DNA from: an uncultured Acidobacteriota bacterium
Lineage (GTDB): Bacteria; Acidobacteriota; Thermoanaerobaculia; Gp7-AA8
Length of the DNA stretch: 64,000 nt
Assembly: GCA_963822445.1 (NCBI GenBank)
Contig: CAWGHO010000002.1
Span: 1,504,001 to 1,568,000, forward strand
Reading direction: 5' to 3'
The position numbers were made by a program, and so were the translations under genes. Under the pieces are notes generated by a model. That model worked only from the letters and a program-made list of their open reading frames with translations. It did not search any database and was not told the DNA's origin. The stretch's first letter is position 1. The number at the start of each line of letters is the position of its first letter. Positions 19,508-29,476 of the stretch are shown here, piece after piece.

Positions 19508-20392
19508 ATGCGTAATCGCGACACGACGAGAACTGTTCTTTTCGCGGAGGTGCAGGCGGCGATCAGCGAGGCCTGTCTGGTCCTGATCTACGGCGCGTCC
19601 GACCTGGGCAAGCGCTTCGAGCTGAAGAAAGACATAACCATCGGCCGCGATCGCTCGAACGACATCGTCATCGAGGCCTCGGACGTCTCGCGCCAGCACG
19701 CGCGCGTCGAGCGGCGCGAAAAAGGCGAGTGGTGGATCACCGATCTCGCCAGCCGCAACGGCACGCGCCGCAACGGGACGGCACTGACGGGGACGGTCAC
19801 GATGGCCAACGGCGATCTGATCGCCATCGGCGGGGTGATCTTCAAGTACATCGCCGGCGGCAACGTCGAGGCGCTGTTCCACGAAGAGATCTATCGCATG
19901 ACGATCTTCGATGGCCTGACCAAGGTCGCGAACAAGCGTTACCTGCTGGAGTTCCTGGAGCGCGAGATCGCGCGCGCCTTGCGCTACGGCTCGCGGCTGT
20001 CGCTGGCCATGATCGACATCGATCTGTTCAAAGGCATCAACGACAAGCACGGCCACCCGGCCGGCGATCTCGTGCTCGAGCAACTGGCCGCTTCGCTGGG
20101 CGCCATCGTTCGGCGCGAGCAGCTTCTGGCGCGCTACGGCGGCGAGGAGTTCGCGGTGGTCATGCCCGAGCTCGACAAGCCGGAGCTGAAGGCGTTCTGC
20201 GAGAAGCTCCGCGCCACGGCCGAGGCGGAGGTCTTCGAGTTCCGAGGCGAGCGCATCCCCGTGACGATCAGTATCGGCGCGGCGATGTTCGAGCCGGAAA
20301 TGACCCGCGACGACCTGATCGTGCGCGCCGACGAGCAGTTGTATAGGGCGAAGAGGGCGGGGAGGAATCGGGTGGTGATTGCCGGAGAGTGA
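19508..20392 (+). CDS. FHA + GGDEF diguanylate cyclase
   Basis: IGRD, VSRQHA, SRNGT; DGLT..NKR, DIDLFK.IND..GH..GD, ARYGGEEF. Confidence 0.93.
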   Translation: MRNRDTTRTVLFAEVQAAISEACLVLIYGASDLGKRFELKKDITIGRDRSNDIVIEASDVSRQHARVERREKGEWWITDLASRNGTRRNGTALTGTVTMANGDLIAIGGVIFKYIAGGNVEALFHEEIYRMTIFDGLTKVANKRYLLEFLEREIARALRYGSRLSLAMIDIDLFKGINDKHGHPAGDLVLEQLAASLGAIVRREQLLARYGGEEFAVVMPELDKPELKAFCEKLRATAEAEVFEFRGERIPVTISIGAAMFEPEMTRDDLIVRADEQLYRAKRAGRNRVVIAGE

Positions 20393-20393
20393 T

Positions 20394-20465
20394 GGTTACG
20401 GGGTTTCGAGGTTGCGGGGTTTCGGGGTGGCACCTCGTAACCTCGTAACCCCGAAACCTCGTAAC
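20394..20465. repeat. Octamer-array inverted repeat, same family as 13810-13884
   Basis: ggttacgg ggtttcga ggttgcgg ggtttcgg ... cctcgtaa cctcgtaa ccccgaaa cctcgtaa. Confidence 0.82.
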
Positions 20466-20500
20466 AGCGCGATACTCGTGGCGCTCGGGAGCCCTTCGCA

Positions 20501-21859
20501 ATGAATTTCCGCCAGTTCTACCTCGGCTGTCTCGCCCATGCGTCCTACTTCATCGCGTCGGACGGTGAGGCGGTGGTCGTCGATCCGCAGCGCGATGTGC
20601 AGCAGTATCTCGACGAGGCGGCGAGCACGGGCTCGCGAATCCGCTACATCATCGAGACCCACCTTCACGCGGATTTCGTGAGCGGGCATCGCGAGCTTGC
20701 GGAGTGCACCGGTGCGGAGATCGTGTTCGGCGCGGCGGCGAACGCGGAGTTTCCGCATCGCGCGGTTCGTGATGGCGAGGAGTTGCGCGTCGGGAATGTC
20801 GTTCTTCGCGCGCTCGAAACGCCGGGGCACACGCCGGAGAGCATTTCCTGGGTGGTGATCGACGAGGACAAGCAGCGCGTGCTGACCGGCGACACTCTGT
20901 TCATCGGCGACGTCGGCCGCCCCGATCTCGCCGGCAGCCGCGGCTACACCTCGGAACAGATGGCGGGGATGCTCTACGACTCGCTGCACGGCAAGCTGCT
21001 CGCGCTCGGCGATGACGTCGAAGTGTGGCCGGCCCACGGTGCGGGGTCGGCCTGCGGGAAGAACATCTCCAACGAGCGCTGGTCGACGATCGGCGTGCAG
21101 CGCAGGGTCAACTACGCGTTGCAGCCGATGCCGCGCGAGGCCTTCGTGAAGATGATGACCGCCGATCTGCCGCCCGCGCCGCGCTACTTTCCGATGGATG
21201 CGGAGATCAACCGCCGCGGCGCGCGTCCTTTGCACGAGATCGCGGCGCCGGCACTCACGCCGGATCAGATGCAGGAGAAGATCGATCAGGGCGCGCTGGT
21301 CCTCGACGTGCGCGATGCGACGGCCTTCGGAACCGCGCACATCCCGGGGTCGATCAACATCGGACTGCGCGGGCAGTACGCATCGTGGGCCGGAACACTC
21401 GTCTCGAAAGACGACACCCTCCTCATCCTCGCCTCAGGTCGCGCGGAAGCGGAAGAAGCGGTGATGCGCCTCGCGCGCGTCGGGCTGGAGAACGTCGCGG
21501 GCTGGCTGGATGGGGGAATCGCGGCGTGGTGCGAATCCGGTCGCAGCGCCAAGACGCTGCCGCAGATCGACGTCGATGAGTTGCGCACGCGACTGCCGGA
21601 GCTGAGCGTGCTCGACGTGCGTCGACGCGGCGAGTACAGCGACGGACACGTTCCCGACGCCATGAACGTGCCCCTCGACGAGCTTTCCGAGCGTCTCGAC
21701 GCGCTCGATCCTTCCAAACCCCTCGCGGTGATCTGCGCCGGCGGCTATCGATCCTCCGCCGCGGCGAGCATCCTCCAGCGCCGCAACTTTCCGGCGCTGT
21801 TCAACGTGATCGGCGGAACAGGCGCATGGGTGGCGGCGGGATTTGAGACGCAGGCCTAG
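20501..21859 (+). CDS. MBL-fold persulfide dioxygenase-like protein fused to two rhodanese domains (CstB-like)
   Basis: ETHLHADFVSG, TPGHTPE, GDVGRPDL, PAHGAGSACG; rhodanese LDVR, CAGGYRS. Confidence 0.9.
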   Translation: MNFRQFYLGCLAHASYFIASDGEAVVVDPQRDVQQYLDEAASTGSRIRYIIETHLHADFVSGHRELAECTGAEIVFGAAANAEFPHRAVRDGEELRVGNVVLRALETPGHTPESISWVVIDEDKQRVLTGDTLFIGDVGRPDLAGSRGYTSEQMAGMLYDSLHGKLLALGDDVEVWPAHGAGSACGKNISNERWSTIGVQRRVNYALQPMPREAFVKMMTADLPPAPRYFPMDAEINRRGARPLHEIAAPALTPDQMQEKIDQGALVLDVRDATAFGTAHIPGSINIGLRGQYASWAGTLVSKDDTLLILASGRAEAEEAVMRLARVGLENVAGWLDGGIAAWCESGRSAKTLPQIDVDELRTRLPELSVLDVRRRGEYSDGHVPDAMNVPLDELSERLDALDPSKPLAVICAGGYRSSAAASILQRRNFPALFNVIGGTGAWVAAGFETQA

Positions 21860-24504
21860 CGGAAGTTCCTGATCAGCACCGCGTCGCGCGACAACACGCC
21901 GCGCGTGACCGCCAGCGTCTTCCCATCGGGAGCGACGTCGAAGCGCAGCACGTACTGATCGTCGAAACGGGTGACCTTCCGCGGCGGCGAGCCATCCAGC
22001 GGGTGGAGCCAGATGTTCATCCGTTCGTTCAGGCCGGCGTTGTGAAGCAGGGCCTTGCCGTCCGCGGTCCAGTGGACGAAGGACGAAGCGGTTACGCTGA
22101 CGTTCTCGATCGTCGCCGGGTTGCCGCCGTCGATATCGGCCACGCCGATCGCGCCGGGCGCGATGAAGGCGATCTTCCTGCCGTCCGGCGAGACGGAGGC
22201 CCGCTCGGATTCGGAGCGCGTGACCGGCACCGGCGTGCCGCCATCGATCGATACTTTCCAGATCCGCTTCACGCCGTCGGCGCTCGATCCGAACAGGACC
22301 CAGCGATCGTCAGGGGTGATGGCCGGGAGCTGCGCGCTCGGCGATGCGACCGTGGCGAGGATGCGGATGTCTCCGCCCTCGCGATTCATGCGCGCGAGCA
22401 CGGCGTCGCGCTCGCGAAACATGATGAAGACGATCGTTTTTCCGTCGCCGGTCACCGTGGGGCCGACCGACCCGAACTCCGAATCGCTGAGCTTCCGCTT
22501 GTTGCGGCTGCCGTCGAGCGACCAGATGCTCCACTTGCCGCTTTCGAACGAGCCATAAATCACGGAGCCGTCGGGCGCGACCGCGACGCCTCCATGTCCG
22601 TCGTAGCGCCCGTCGGACAGCTTCTCCGCGGGAGCCGTCGCGTCGACGGTGGTTCTCCAGATCGCGGTGTTCGTATCCGACGCCACGGCCAGCAGAGTCT
22701 GGCCATCACGCGAGACAGTGACCGCTCGATAGTCGAAAAGATCGTTCGTGATCTGCCGTGCACTCTTCCCATCGCCCTGCACGAACCAGATCTGGGACCC
22801 CGTGCCTCGGCGCGATCCGGCCGCGCTGACTACGAGGCCGCCGCCGTCATGCAGCGAGGCGATGCTTGCCGGAAACCTCAATCCCTCTGTCGTCAGTTCA
22901 CGTACCGCCGCCGTGTCGACGTCGACGGCGATCAGCTTCGAGTCGCCGCCGATCCGCAGCGGCGAGGCGATCGATTTGCCATCAGACGACCACTCCGGCC
23001 CTCCCCAGAAAACCGGCGCGAGAAACTCCGGCGGCGATTTCTGGAGGATCGTCTTTTCGCCGGTGCCGTCCGCGTTGGCGATTACGATCGAGCTGTCCCC
23101 TGCCTTCGGCGCATGAATCCGATGGAAGGCGACCTTCGCCCCGTCCGGCGAGAACGTGACCGCGCTCTCGATGTTCGTGAGCACCCGCCGCGGCTGTCCG
23201 CCGAGAATCGGAATCTGGTACAGCGTCCCCTGCCGATCGCCGGAGCCGGTGGCCTTGACCGTGTAATAGATCGATCGCGAGTCAGGTGAAAACTTCAGGC
23301 CCCACACACCCATCGCGGCCGGAGGAACCAGCTGCAAAGCGCTACCCGACGCGAGCTGGCGCACCCACAGACTGTGTTTGCCGGCATCGGAGTAGGCGTA
23401 GGCGATGTACTCGCCGTCGGGCGAGATCGCTGAGCCGATGACGTTCCCGCTCATCGTCACCCGCTCGATCGACATCGCACCTTGCGCCGGCGCCGCTGCA
23501 ACGGCCTGCGCGGCCGGACGTTTGCGCACCGCCAGCACGCCCAGAATCGCCGCCATCGCGATCGCGGCAAAGGCGATCCACGCCGGCCAGCCTTGGACGC
23601 GCGTGGCCGCCGGCGGCGGCGTTTCGCGAATGCCGCTCATCCGCGGCTGCGAGCTCAGATCGCTCTTCAGCTCGCGCAGATCGATGGCCAGGTCTTTCGC
23701 CGACTGGTATCGCTGCTCCTGATCCTTCGCCAGGGTCTTGCGGACGATGCGCTGCAGCTCGCGCGGCGCGTCCGGCGCCTTCTCCTCGAGCGGCGGCGGC
23801 TCGGAGTAGATGATCTTGTGCAGCGTGTCGATGGACGAGTCGCCGATGAACGGCCGCCGCCCGGTCACACATTCATAGAGGACGCAACCGATCGAGAAGA
23901 TGTCCGAGCGGTGATCGACGTCCGCGCCGCTGGCCTGCTCCGGCGACATGTAGCCGACCGTGCCCAGGACCGCGCCGGGCGTCGTGCTCATCACCGCGGT
24001 CTTCGTTTCGGGGTCCGGTTCGCGCGCGATCTCGTGCAGTTTGGCCAGGCCGAAGTCGAGGATCTTCGCGAAGCCGTTGCGCGCGATCACGATGTTCTCC
24101 GGCTTGAGATCGCGATGGGTGATTCCGGCGGCGTGGGCGGTGGCGATGCCATCGGCGATCTGCGCGATCCATTCGAGTGCGCGCGGTAGATCGGGACGTC
24201 CGCGGCCGAGGACCTCGCGGAGGGTCTCCCCTTCGACGAGCTCCATGGCGATGAAGTGGCCGCCTTCCGGCAGCTCGCCTACTTCGTAAATCGTCACGAC
24301 GTTTGGATGGTTGAGGCTCGAAGCGGTGCGGGCCTCGCGCATGAACCGTCCCAGGCGCTCGGGGTCGGCGACGACGCGAGGATCGAGGACCTTCACCGCG
24401 GCCGCGCGGCCGAGCGAGGTGTCGAAGGCTTTGTAGACCCGGCCCATGCCGCCTTCGCCGAGGAGCGAGTCGATGCGATAGCGGCCGACTGTCGATCCGA
24501 TCAT
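21856..24504 (-). CDS. Ser/Thr protein kinase with TM helix and TolB/PD40 beta-propeller
   Basis: LGEGGMGRVY, HRDLKPEN, DFGLAK, YMSPEQ; repeated SPDG motifs. Confidence 0.93.
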   Translation of the reverse strand: MIGSTVGRYRIDSLLGEGGMGRVYKAFDTSLGRAAAVKVLDPRVVADPERLGRFMREARTASSLNHPNVVTIYEVGELPEGGHFIAMELVEGETLREVLGRGRPDLPRALEWIAQIADGIATAHAAGITHRDLKPENIVIARNGFAKILDFGLAKLHEIAREPDPETKTAVMSTTPGAVLGTVGYMSPEQASGADVDHRSDIFSIGCVLYECVTGRRPFIGDSSIDTLHKIIYSEPPPLEEKAPDAPRELQRIVRKTLAKDQEQRYQSAKDLAIDLRELKSDLSSQPRMSGIRETPPPAATRVQGWPAWIAFAAIAMAAILGVLAVRKRPAAQAVAAAPAQGAMSIERVTMSGNVIGSAISPDGEYIAYAYSDAGKHSLWVRQLASGSALQLVPPAAMGVWGLKFSPDSRSIYYTVKATGSGDRQGTLYQIPILGGQPRRVLTNIESAVTFSPDGAKVAFHRIHAPKAGDSSIVIANADGTGEKTILQKSPPEFLAPVFWGGPEWSSDGKSIASPLRIGGDSKLIAVDVDTAAVRELTTEGLRFPASIASLHDGGGLVVSAAGSRRGTGSQIWFVQGDGKSARQITNDLFDYRAVTVSRDGQTLLAVASDTNTAIWRTTVDATAPAEKLSDGRYDGHGGVAVAPDGSVIYGSFESGKWSIWSLDGSRNKRKLSDSEFGSVGPTVTGDGKTIVFIMFRERDAVLARMNREGGDIRILATVASPSAQLPAITPDDRWVLFGSSADGVKRIWKVSIDGGTPVPVTRSESERASVSPDGRKIAFIAPGAIGVADIDGGNPATIENVSVTASSFVHWTADGKALLHNAGLNERMNIWLHPLDGSPPRKVTRFDDQYVLRFDVAPDGKTLAVTRGVLSRDAVLIRNFR

Positions 24505-24519
24505 GCGGTGGCGCTGATT

Positions 24520-25653
24520 CTACGTGGGAGTGGCCGCGGGGCAGCCGCGCTCGCGCAGGTCGCGCACGACCGCATCGACGCCGTCCCGAACGATGTTGCC
24601 GCGCGAATGGCGGCAGAACGGACAGGCGTGCGCGTCGCCGTTCGTGTCGAGGTAGAGATAGCGCTCGGCCGCTCCGAGACAGCCGTGGCGGCGCTGGTAG
24701 AGCGCGGGATAGGTGACGATCGGGCCGCTCGCGTTCGCGGGATCGAAATTCATCCAGTCGCTGAAGGCCTCCAGCGTCCGCAATTCATTCGCCGAGAGCA
24801 GAACGTCGCGGCCCTCATAGTGACCGACGGCCCGCGGTTCCATGATCTGGATGAACGCCGCGCCTTTCGATCGCGCCAGCTCCGCGTAGCGTTCCAGCTG
24901 GTCGCGCGTCGCGAGCTCTCGCGTCGGACAAACGCTGAAGGCGACGATGAGGCCCGCGGCTTTCGCATGCCCGGCCGCGGCCATGGCCGCGTCGAATGCG
25001 CCGCGGCGGCCGCGAAAGGCATCGTGCTGCTCGCCGTTCCAGTGATCGACGCTGATCACCACGCCGGTGAATTGCGAGGCGGCGAGGTCGCGGGCGATCG
25101 ATTCGGTGAGGCCGACGCCGGAGGTGATGATCCAGCAGTCGATGGTGTTCCCGGCATCGGCCGCGGCGTGAAGAAGATCGCCAACACGGCGCATCGGCTC
25201 GCCGCCGGTGAAGAAGATCTGGGTCACGCCCCGGGCGCGCAGGCTTTCAACGATGTCGCGAAGATCCGCCCGGCTCAGCGCCTCGGCATGATTGAGGTTC
25301 TCCCACTCGCAGCAATGCTCGCAGCGCAGCGGGCACTCTTTGGTGATGGCCACGATCGCCGTCTGCAGCACGTTGCCGCTGGTGCGATCGACGTTGCGGC
25401 GGATCTCCTGCGCGAGAAAGCGCTCGGAGGCGGGCGAGGGAAAACAGGGCGCGTAGATGTCGAATGTGTAGCGCGAGCCGCTGCGAACGACTTTGCGCAG
25501 CACGTTTCCCGCGCGTGTGGCCGCGGTGAAGCGTCGAAGACCGCGCAGGGCGGTGATCGAGCCGCGCAGACCGTGGCCGCGCACAGCCGTCATCACGGCC
25601 TTCAGCCACAACGCGGCGATGACCCGCCGAAAGCGCCACCCGTTGACGATCAC
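24520..25653 (-). CDS. Radical SAM protein with SPASM/Twitch-like C-terminus
   Basis: CPLRCEHC, TGGEP, GCLGAAERYLYLDTNGDAHACPFC..GNI; GTG start overlaps the upstream TGA. Confidence 0.88.
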   Translation of the reverse strand: MIVNGWRFRRVIAALWLKAVMTAVRGHGLRGSITALRGLRRFTAATRAGNVLRKVVRSGSRYTFDIYAPCFPSPASERFLAQEIRRNVDRTSGNVLQTAIVAITKECPLRCEHCCEWENLNHAEALSRADLRDIVESLRARGVTQIFFTGGEPMRRVGDLLHAAADAGNTIDCWIITSGVGLTESIARDLAASQFTGVVISVDHWNGEQHDAFRGRRGAFDAAMAAAGHAKAAGLIVAFSVCPTRELATRDQLERYAELARSKGAAFIQIMEPRAVGHYEGRDVLLSANELRTLEAFSDWMNFDPANASGPIVTYPALYQRRHGCLGAAERYLYLDTNGDAHACPFCRHSRGNIVRDGVDAVVRDLRERGCPAATPT

Positions 25654-27131
25654 CGCGCGCGCTCTTCCTGCAGATGCTCGCGATTCCGCGCGTACAGATC
25701 GATGCCGAGTTGGGCGAGCCCGCCCGGAGTCGTGCGCAACATGTTCAGCGCCGTGACCTGCGGGAGCTTGCGTCGCGGCGGCAGCGGGTTGTACCACCCG
25801 CTCGACGCCAGAAACGCAGACCGCGCGCCGATCGCCTCCGGCAGATCGAACGTCAGATCGACGGCCTGCCCGTACTCGCTGAGCACGTGGTAGCGGCCGT
25901 CCTTCTCAGCCATCAGATCGTTCGTCGCGGCGATGACCGTCGTTTCCGGCGATTCATCGACGATGGTGGTCAGCGCCACCGATCCGATGCGCCAGAAGCC
26001 GAAGCCGCCGCTCATGCGAACCTGCAGCTCCTCGGCATCGCCGACCCCGATGGGCACCAGCATCGTGCGCAACGCGGCCATCCCCGGCGTCTGAACGACG
26101 GCCACCTGCGTCCATGCACCATCGCGGAGGATCTCGACGCGCAGATCGACACCTTCCCGCGCACGCCAGGCTTCGATCCCCGCGCGCTCGGCTTTGTTGG
26201 CCGCGTTCATGGTCGGGCCGAACGTGCTCCCGAGCATTTCGAAGCCCTGGTGGAACACGGCCGACATCCACAGCGTGTTTTCCGCGGTGATCTCGAGCGC
26301 ATTTCCCTGCGGCCGCTCGAAGGTGACGATCAGTCCTTCGCGAAGATCGCGGCGCCTGGCGAGGAACGCGCGATCGAGGTCGGATTGCCAGACCGCGTCG
26401 TCGATCGCCCGCACCCGGTCCATGACGTCATTCCCGTCGAGATCGACAGCTCGCGACGGCGCCTGCGTTCCTTCGACGAGCACCGCGCGACCATCATGAG
26501 TAGCCAGTGCGCGCTGCGATGGTCCGTGCTCGACGAGGATCACCTTCGCCGAGTCGGTGTACTGAATCTCGGGATTGCTGTTGGTCAGGCGGAGGGTCAA
26601 GGTCCGGCCGTCGACGGACGGAAGCGCCAGCAGGTCATCGCGCTGCACGGAACGGAAGATGGCACCGGGATAGGCCTCGCCGGCGAGGGTCTGCTGCGCG
26701 CCATCGATGACATGAACCGTCGGGCAGGAGCTGGAGGCGATGAGGAGCGCCATGAGCGCGACGCCGGCAACCGCCGCCCCGGCACTGAGGCCGCCGATCT
26801 TCCAGGGGCTGAGCTTGTACGTCTCGATCTTCGTCGCCTCATCGAGATTGAACCGGCGGAGATGGTGGAACTTCTCGACCGGATCGCTGGCAACCATGCC
26901 TTTGCTCTCGTCGATCTCCCCGATGATGTAGGGATACTCGAGCGTCCAGTTGGGCATGAGGATCACGTAGCCCTGCGCGTACGTGAGCCGGACGCGGTTC
27001 TCGCGGGCTTTGGCCTGATCGAGGCCGGCGCGATCGACGGGCGCTCCGCTGTAGCAGGCGAGGACGATCAGAACCGCCGGGAGAAGAAGTAGACAGCAAA
27101 CGACGGCACGACGGTAGCCACGTCCGAACAT
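25650..27131 (-). CDS. Hypothetical exported/lipoprotein with internal TM segment and SCP motif
   Basis: Signal with IVLAC; hydrophobic segment then SSSCPTVHVIDG..GEAYPGAIFRSVQRDD; RBS GGAGG. Confidence 0.75.
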   Translation of the reverse strand: MFGRGYRRAVVCCLLLLPAVLIVLACYSGAPVDRAGLDQAKARENRVRLTYAQGYVILMPNWTLEYPYIIGEIDESKGMVASDPVEKFHHLRRFNLDEATKIETYKLSPWKIGGLSAGAAVAGVALMALLIASSSCPTVHVIDGAQQTLAGEAYPGAIFRSVQRDDLLALPSVDGRTLTLRLTNSNPEIQYTDSAKVILVEHGPSQRALATHDGRAVLVEGTQAPSRAVDLDGNDVMDRVRAIDDAVWQSDLDRAFLARRRDLREGLIVTFERPQGNALEITAENTLWMSAVFHQGFEMLGSTFGPTMNAANKAERAGIEAWRAREGVDLRVEILRDGAWTQVAVVQTPGMAALRTMLVPIGVGDAEELQVRMSGGFGFWRIGSVALTTIVDESPETTVIAATNDLMAEKDGRYHVLSEYGQAVDLTFDLPEAIGARSAFLASSGWYNPLPPRRKLPQVTALNMLRTTPGGLAQLGIDLYARNREHLQEERAR

Positions 27132-27172
27132 CGCTCACCTCCGAATGCGCGGGAGACAGTATGGCAGGCGGT

Positions 27173-27257
27173 GCCGGCGGGACGCCGGCGCAACAGCCAC
27201 CGGGACGGTGGCGCTCCAAACCGGAGCGCTGGCGTCCCGCGGCCCGTGGCGCTCCAC
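27173..27257. repeat. Cluster of REP-like GC palindromes (GGAGCGCCGGCGTCCCGCCGGC type)
   Basis: gccggcgggacgccggcg, gccaccgggacggtggcgctcc and ggagcgctggcgtcccgc in the intergenic region. Confidence 0.65.
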
Positions 27258-27285
27258 TTACCGGTCTTCATCCTCCATTCACCGG
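27252..27285 (+). promoter_or_regulatory. Putative LytTR binding site (direct repeat, 21-bp period)
   Basis: CTCCACTTACCGG at 27252 and CTCCATTCACCGG at 27273; TACCTT at 27316 and AGGAGG at 27331 lie downstream. Confidence 0.5.
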
Positions 27286-27341
27286 CGCTCCGCAGACCTT
27301 CCGCCCGTCACGCCGTACCTTGCTCCCATCAGGAGGCTGTC

Positions 27342-27731
27342 ATGGACGAAACAACCCTCGACAACAAACCGCAGTTCTCATCGCAGAAGCTCGTATTCGG
27401 GCTGGTGCTGATCGCGATCGGCGTTCTGGCGTTCGTCGACGCCGTCGATCTCTGGAACCCGCGCGTGCTCTGGAGGCTCTGGCCAATCGTGCTGATCCTC
27501 ATCGGTCTTTCCAGCGAAGTCGATGCGCTTCGCGCGCGACGCAGCGACGGAGGCTCGATCCTCATCGGCATCGGCGTCTGGTTCCTCGCGGCGACGCACG
27601 ACCTGTTCGGACTCACCCATCGCACCGGATTCCCGCTGGCAGTCGTGATCGTCGGCCTCTTCATGACCCTGCACGCGATCGTCGACAAGCCGGCACCCCA
27701 GAAGAAGGAGAAGACCCATGAACCCTGCTGA
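27342..27731 (+). CDS. LiaI/LiaF-like transmembrane protein (DUF5668-like)
   Basis: GLVLIAIGVL..D, LWPIVLILIG; four hydrophobic segments; RBS AGGAGG. Confidence 0.8.
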   Translation: MDETTLDNKPQFSSQKLVFGLVLIAIGVLAFVDAVDLWNPRVLWRLWPIVLILIGLSSEVDALRARRSDGGSILIGIGVWFLAATHDLFGLTHRTGFPLAVVIVGLFMTLHAIVDKPAPQKKEKTHEPC

Positions 27732-28428
27732 AGCCACCGCACCGAACTACATCTTCCGGAGCCTGACCAAGCTGCTGATCGGCCTGTCGGTCCTGAGCAT
27801 CGGTCTCCTCTGGACGCTCGACAACGTCGATCTCATCGAGTCCGAGTCGATCACGCAGTGGTGGCCGGTGGTGTTGATCGTGATCGGCATCGTCCGTCTT
27901 CTCGATCCCGCGGCGAACAAGGTCGGCTCTGTGGTCATCGCCCTCATCGGCGCCGGCCTGCTGTTGGACACGCTCGATTACTGGGACTTCGACCTCGGCG
28001 ACTTCTTCCCGCTGCTGATTGCCTTCATCGGCGTGAAGCTCGTCAGCGACGTCTTTCGCCGCAGGAACGCCCGCACCGCGGATGGCGGTGCGCCGGACGC
28101 GGTGGTGCATGCCTTCGCGTTCATGTCCGGAGTCGGACGGCGAAGCGTCTCGACCGATTTCCGCGGCGGCGACGCGAATGCAATCATGGGCGGGGTCGAG
28201 GTCGATCTCACGAACGCACAGATTCAACCGGGACAGGAAGTGGTCTTCGATACGTTCGCGATGATGGGCGGCATCGAGATCAAGGTTCCCGAGGGCTGGC
28301 GCGTGGTGAGCGAGGTCCTTCCGCTGATGGGCGCCTTCGAGGACAACACCGCGAACAAGACGGCCGGCACGTCCGTGCTGATCGTGCGCGGGGTCGCGCT
28401 GATGGGCGCCATCGAGGTCAAGAACTGA
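27718..28428 (+). CDS. LiaF-like protein (TM domain + DUF2154-like C-terminal domain)
   Basis: WWPVVLIVIG; FRGGDANAIMGGVEVDL, MGGIEIKVP.GWRV, MGAIEVKN. Confidence 0.85.
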   Translation: MNPAEATAPNYIFRSLTKLLIGLSVLSIGLLWTLDNVDLIESESITQWWPVVLIVIGIVRLLDPAANKVGSVVIALIGAGLLLDTLDYWDFDLGDFFPLLIAFIGVKLVSDVFRRRNARTADGGAPDAVVHAFAFMSGVGRRSVSTDFRGGDANAIMGGVEVDLTNAQIQPGQEVVFDTFAMMGGIEIKVPEGWRVVSEVLPLMGAFEDNTANKTAGTSVLIVRGVALMGAIEVKN

Positions 28429-28431
28429 CCG

Positions 28432-29460
28432 ATGCATCCCCTGATCGGCGACACGAAGCGGCTCGCGCTCTACCTCCTGGCCTGGACGCTCCTCGGAGCC
28501 CTCCTGGCGCTGCTGGTGGTGGAGCCGGGCCGCGTTTCGTGGCAGGTCGCGTTGCTCCTGGCCATCCCGCCGACGGTGGTTTACGGGTTCGTTTGCCTGG
28601 CGGCGTGGTATCCGGCGCGCGCGCTTCCGCTGCGCGCCGCGCGGATCGCAACGACAGTGATCGCCCACTTCCTCGCCGCGGGGATGCTCGGCAGCATCTG
28701 GCTGGTGCTGGTGCAGACGTGGGCGCAGCTGCTGGATCGGTCCGAGGCGCTCATCTCGTATGCAACGACCTTCTTTGCGATCGGGACACTTCTCTATCTG
28801 CTGTCGACGCTCTTTCATTACCTGCTGATTGCTGCCGAGGAGTCGCGGCGGATCGAGAAGCGGGAGCTGGAGGTGAAGATGCTCGCGCGCGAGGCCGAGC
28901 TGAAGGCGCTCAAAGCGCAGCTCGATCCTCACTTTCTCTTCAACAGCCTGAATTCGATCAGTGCCTTGTGCGGATCGAATCCCGCGTCGGCGCGCACGCT
29001 GACGACTTTGCTCGCCGAATACCTGCGCAAGAGCCTGCGCATCGGCAGCGCGGAATCGATTACGTTGTCCGAAGAGCTGGAGCTGGCGTCGAGCTACCTC
29101 GCCGTCGAACGGATCCGCTTTGGCCCGCGGCTGGAGTTCGTGCAGAACGTCGACGAGCGCGTGCGCGGTTACCGCGTGCCGCCGTTGTTGCTGCAGCCTC
29201 TGGTCGAAAACGCGGTAACGCACGGAATCGGACAGTTGCTCGAGGGCGGTGTGGTGCAGATCGACGCGAGTCGCGATGACGATCGCGTGCACATCAGCGT
29301 GGAGAACCGCTGCGATCCCGATCGCCCGTCGCGGAGCGGAACGGGGATCGGTCTCGACAACACGCGCCGCCGGCTGCAGACGTTCTACGGAAACGGTGCG
29401 ACGCTCGATGTGACCGCGGAGCCGGAGCGGTTTCGCGTGGCCATTACACTGCCTGGGTAG
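28432..29460 (+). CDS. LytS/YehU-type sensor histidine kinase
   Basis: ELKALKAQLDPHFLFNSLNSI, LLQPLVENAVTHG, GTGIGLDN. Confidence 0.93.
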   Translation: MHPLIGDTKRLALYLLAWTLLGALLALLVVEPGRVSWQVALLLAIPPTVVYGFVCLAAWYPARALPLRAARIATTVIAHFLAAGMLGSIWLVLVQTWAQLLDRSEALISYATTFFAIGTLLYLLSTLFHYLLIAAEESRRIEKRELEVKMLAREAELKALKAQLDPHFLFNSLNSISALCGSNPASARTLTTLLAEYLRKSLRIGSAESITLSEELELASSYLAVERIRFGPRLEFVQNVDERVRGYRVPPLLLQPLVENAVTHGIGQLLEGGVVQIDASRDDDRVHISVENRCDPDRPSRSGTGIGLDNTRRRLQTFYGNGATLDVTAEPERFRVAITLPG

Positions 29461-29476
29461 AACCCTCCGCTAAGCA

